64,000 bases of DNA. Origin: Anthoceros angustus (taxonomy: Eukaryota > Plantae > Anthocerotophyta). Each line of letters starts with the position of its first letter. Position 1 is the first letter of the stretch. The notes under the pieces are model-generated. The model did not search any database. It saw nothing but the letters and a program-made list of their open reading frames with translations, and was not told the origin of the DNA. Shown in pieces: positions 62,401-64,000 of this stretch. The DNA lies in contig VJWM01000106.1 in assembly GCA_010909165.1 (NCBI GenBank), positions 744,001 to 808,000 on the forward strand. The letters run 5' to 3'. Position numbers and translations under genes: made by a program.

Positions 62401-62483
62401 CCACCATATGCAAATCGGGAAGCTGGGAATAAGGACAACGGCTCAGCCCACCACCTTGAGGCGCGAGGAGAAACGTTTCACCA
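59431..62483 (+). CDS. Sola-like DDD transposase (DUF7869-type core) with an N-terminal Cys-rich region and a C-terminal beta-rich domain; frameshifted as assembled
   Basis: HCCSKGCL..CCVRSFRKVFCI, LWKMHFPNVKIPK.SRFSKC..C, KYIGIAIDGMD..KT.LPHF (D at 60978), FYLQLDNT.RENKN (D at 61211), FLLVGHTHD..DQMFS (D at ~61334), HQFKITR, RPFWVAEV..YLVVQWW. Confidence 0.8.
60533..60796 (+). repeat. (GCAAGTGCGCGC)n minisatellite forming a putative GT-AG intron in the transposase; second copy at 62825-63070
   Basis: CAAG|GTAGGT..CTCCTTGCAG|TG; splicing keeps the frame into RVRLKQERSS in the second copy. Confidence 0.8.
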
Positions 62484-64000
62484 CACACCATGGTCATCGA
62501 ATGAAGGTCCAAGCCCGTCCAAAGCAAGACCATGTGCTAGAATGCATTGCTTGGATGGACCAATTTTTAAGATAATGCGGCGCATGCCAAATGTTGCGGT
62601 GTTCAACCTGCCTGACTCCTATACGAAGGGCGAGATCTTCCAAGACTACAAACGGGAGGTGGCACGGGCAGGGATGTCAAACGTATCTCACTCTCATTTT
62701 TGCGCATTATGGAAGATGCACTTCCCAAATGTCAAGATCCCCAAGTGCAGCCGCTTTTCCAAATGTGTACAGTGTGAAACTATCAAGACGGCCATTCAGA
62801 TTACGACAGATCGACGAGACCAAGGTAGGTCCAAGTGCGCGCGCAAGTGCGCGCGCAAGTGCGCGCGCAAGTGCGCGCGCAAGTGCGCGCGCAAGTGCGC
62901 GCGCGCGCAAGTGCGCGCGCAAGTGCGCGCGCAAGTGCGCGCGCAAGTGCGCGCGCAAGTGCGGCGCGCGCAAGTGCGCGCGCAAGTGCGGCGCGCGCAA
63001 GTGCGCGCGCAAGTGCGCGCGCAAGTGCGCGCGCAAGTGCGCGCGCAAGTGCGCGCGCGCCTCCTTGCAGTGGAGCCCTATCTGCACTTATTCTCCGCTA
63101 TGCAATATCTGAATCTCACATCTTCATGGTTTCTTTGGCGTAACGCTTTGAGAGCGAATCTGCGGTCACGAGTTCGCTTAAAACAAGAGCGATCAAGCTA
63201 AGCATCGGCTGAAGTCGCGGACAACCCAAATATATTGGAATTGCTATAGATGGTATGGACGAGCAAGACCGAGCTCCGCACTTCAGGGGCCTCCAAAAGA
63301 TTTCGCCGATGGGTTAATTCGTGTTCATGTTGTTGGTTGTTTGGTATACAATAATGTGATGAAGACGAAGGTGTATGTCAACTATCCGAACATCCGCAAT
63401 GATGCCAACCTGACGATACATATTATTCAAGATATTATACTCAACTATGACGGTGTCTTGCCAAAGACCTTTACCTTCAATTGGACAACACCGCGAGAGA
63501 ACAAGAATATGCCGTTGTTTGCATATCCGAGTATGTTGGTGAAGAAGCGGGTATTCGAGAAGGTTAAAGTTGGATTCCTTCTTGTCGGGCACACCCATGA
63601 TTGATGGATCAAATGTTCTCTTGTTTTTCAAAAGTCTAAGACATAAGAAGGCAATGTCGCTACCAACTCGATGACGCTTATTGAACAAGCGTATACCCCA
63701 AATCCAGTGAAAGTGATTACCGGTGTTATGGATTCAAGGTATGTATGGCCTTGGTATGGGCAAAAGGGGGCACGGATGCTTGGACGCTTGAACAACCATA
63801 GTTATCAACATCAATTTAAAATCACGAGGAAGAACGCAGCGGGGCCATGGTTGTAGTGCCGCGGCAAATATTTATCAACCACACCTCACGGGAACCCGAC
63901 GAGGGACTTGAGTTTCTTCGCCTCATCCCGAAACCCCATCTGGGGCACCTCTGTGCACTACAAGTACATGGGAAAGCTCCATCCCAACCCTCATAGATCA
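62484..64000 (+). repeat. Tandem duplicate of the transposase segment starting at ~60208 (period ~2.28 kb), running off the window
   Basis: ACACACCATGGTCATCGAATGAAGG at ~60208 and ~62484; downstream sequence is collinear through the DDD motifs. Confidence 0.9.

Larger units (their letters stand above)
51050..64000. mobile_element. Large DNA transposon with a Sola-like DDD transposase (+) and a divergent ParB-like/DNA amino-methyltransferase gene (-); left end approximate, right end outside the window
   Basis: Two divergent protein-coding regions flank a very GC-rich spacer and share a minisatellite family. The region starts abruptly after AT-rich host DNA at ~51.0 kb. No TIR or TSD could be verified. 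Confidence 0.65.

Noticed and set aside
56059-63143. Long Ala/Arg-rich ORFs in all six frames (e.g. 58104-59030, 56392-57171, 60393-60879, 62591-63143)
   Set aside because: They arise from stop-free GC-rich minisatellite and low-complexity DNA, not from codon-like sequence.

Overview
Nuclear DNA of a non-seed land plant, most plausibly a hornwort; this is inferred from the WW-type PG box and long L motifs of the PPR gene, compact intron-rich genes and high GC. From left to right: (1) 1-8871, a CACTA element with a frameshifted TnpD transposase, whose CACTACTACAA terminus interrupts the gag gene of a Ty1/copia element (gag, tRNA-iMet PBS and 5' LTR at 8872-9767). (2) About 9.8-29.8 kb, a tandem array of ~2-2.5 kb units carrying an orphan two-exon ~230-aa gene with a CxCxxC motif. 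An intact 1217-aa intronless PLS-class PPR gene (24775-28428) and its decayed duplicate sit inside the array. (3) 29.8-50 kb, host genes: a multi-pass membrane protein resembling the adenylate-cyclase TM module, tRNA-Trp(CCA), two COA1-domain copies separated by Ty3/gypsy relics, chlorophyll synthase CHLG and a CCR4 deadenylase. (4) About 51 kb to the window end, the most notable feature: a large GC-rich mobile element with two divergent genes. On + is a Sola-like DDD transposase. On - is a ParB-like domain followed by a prokaryote-type beta-class N4-cytosine/N6-adenine DNA methyltransferase fold. Both genes contain related GCGC-rich minisatellites. Frameshifts and microhomology-joined tandem duplications concentrate in repeats while single-copy genes are largely clean, so some lesions may be assembly artefacts. 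All protein assignments are from motif recognition by eye; no searches were run.
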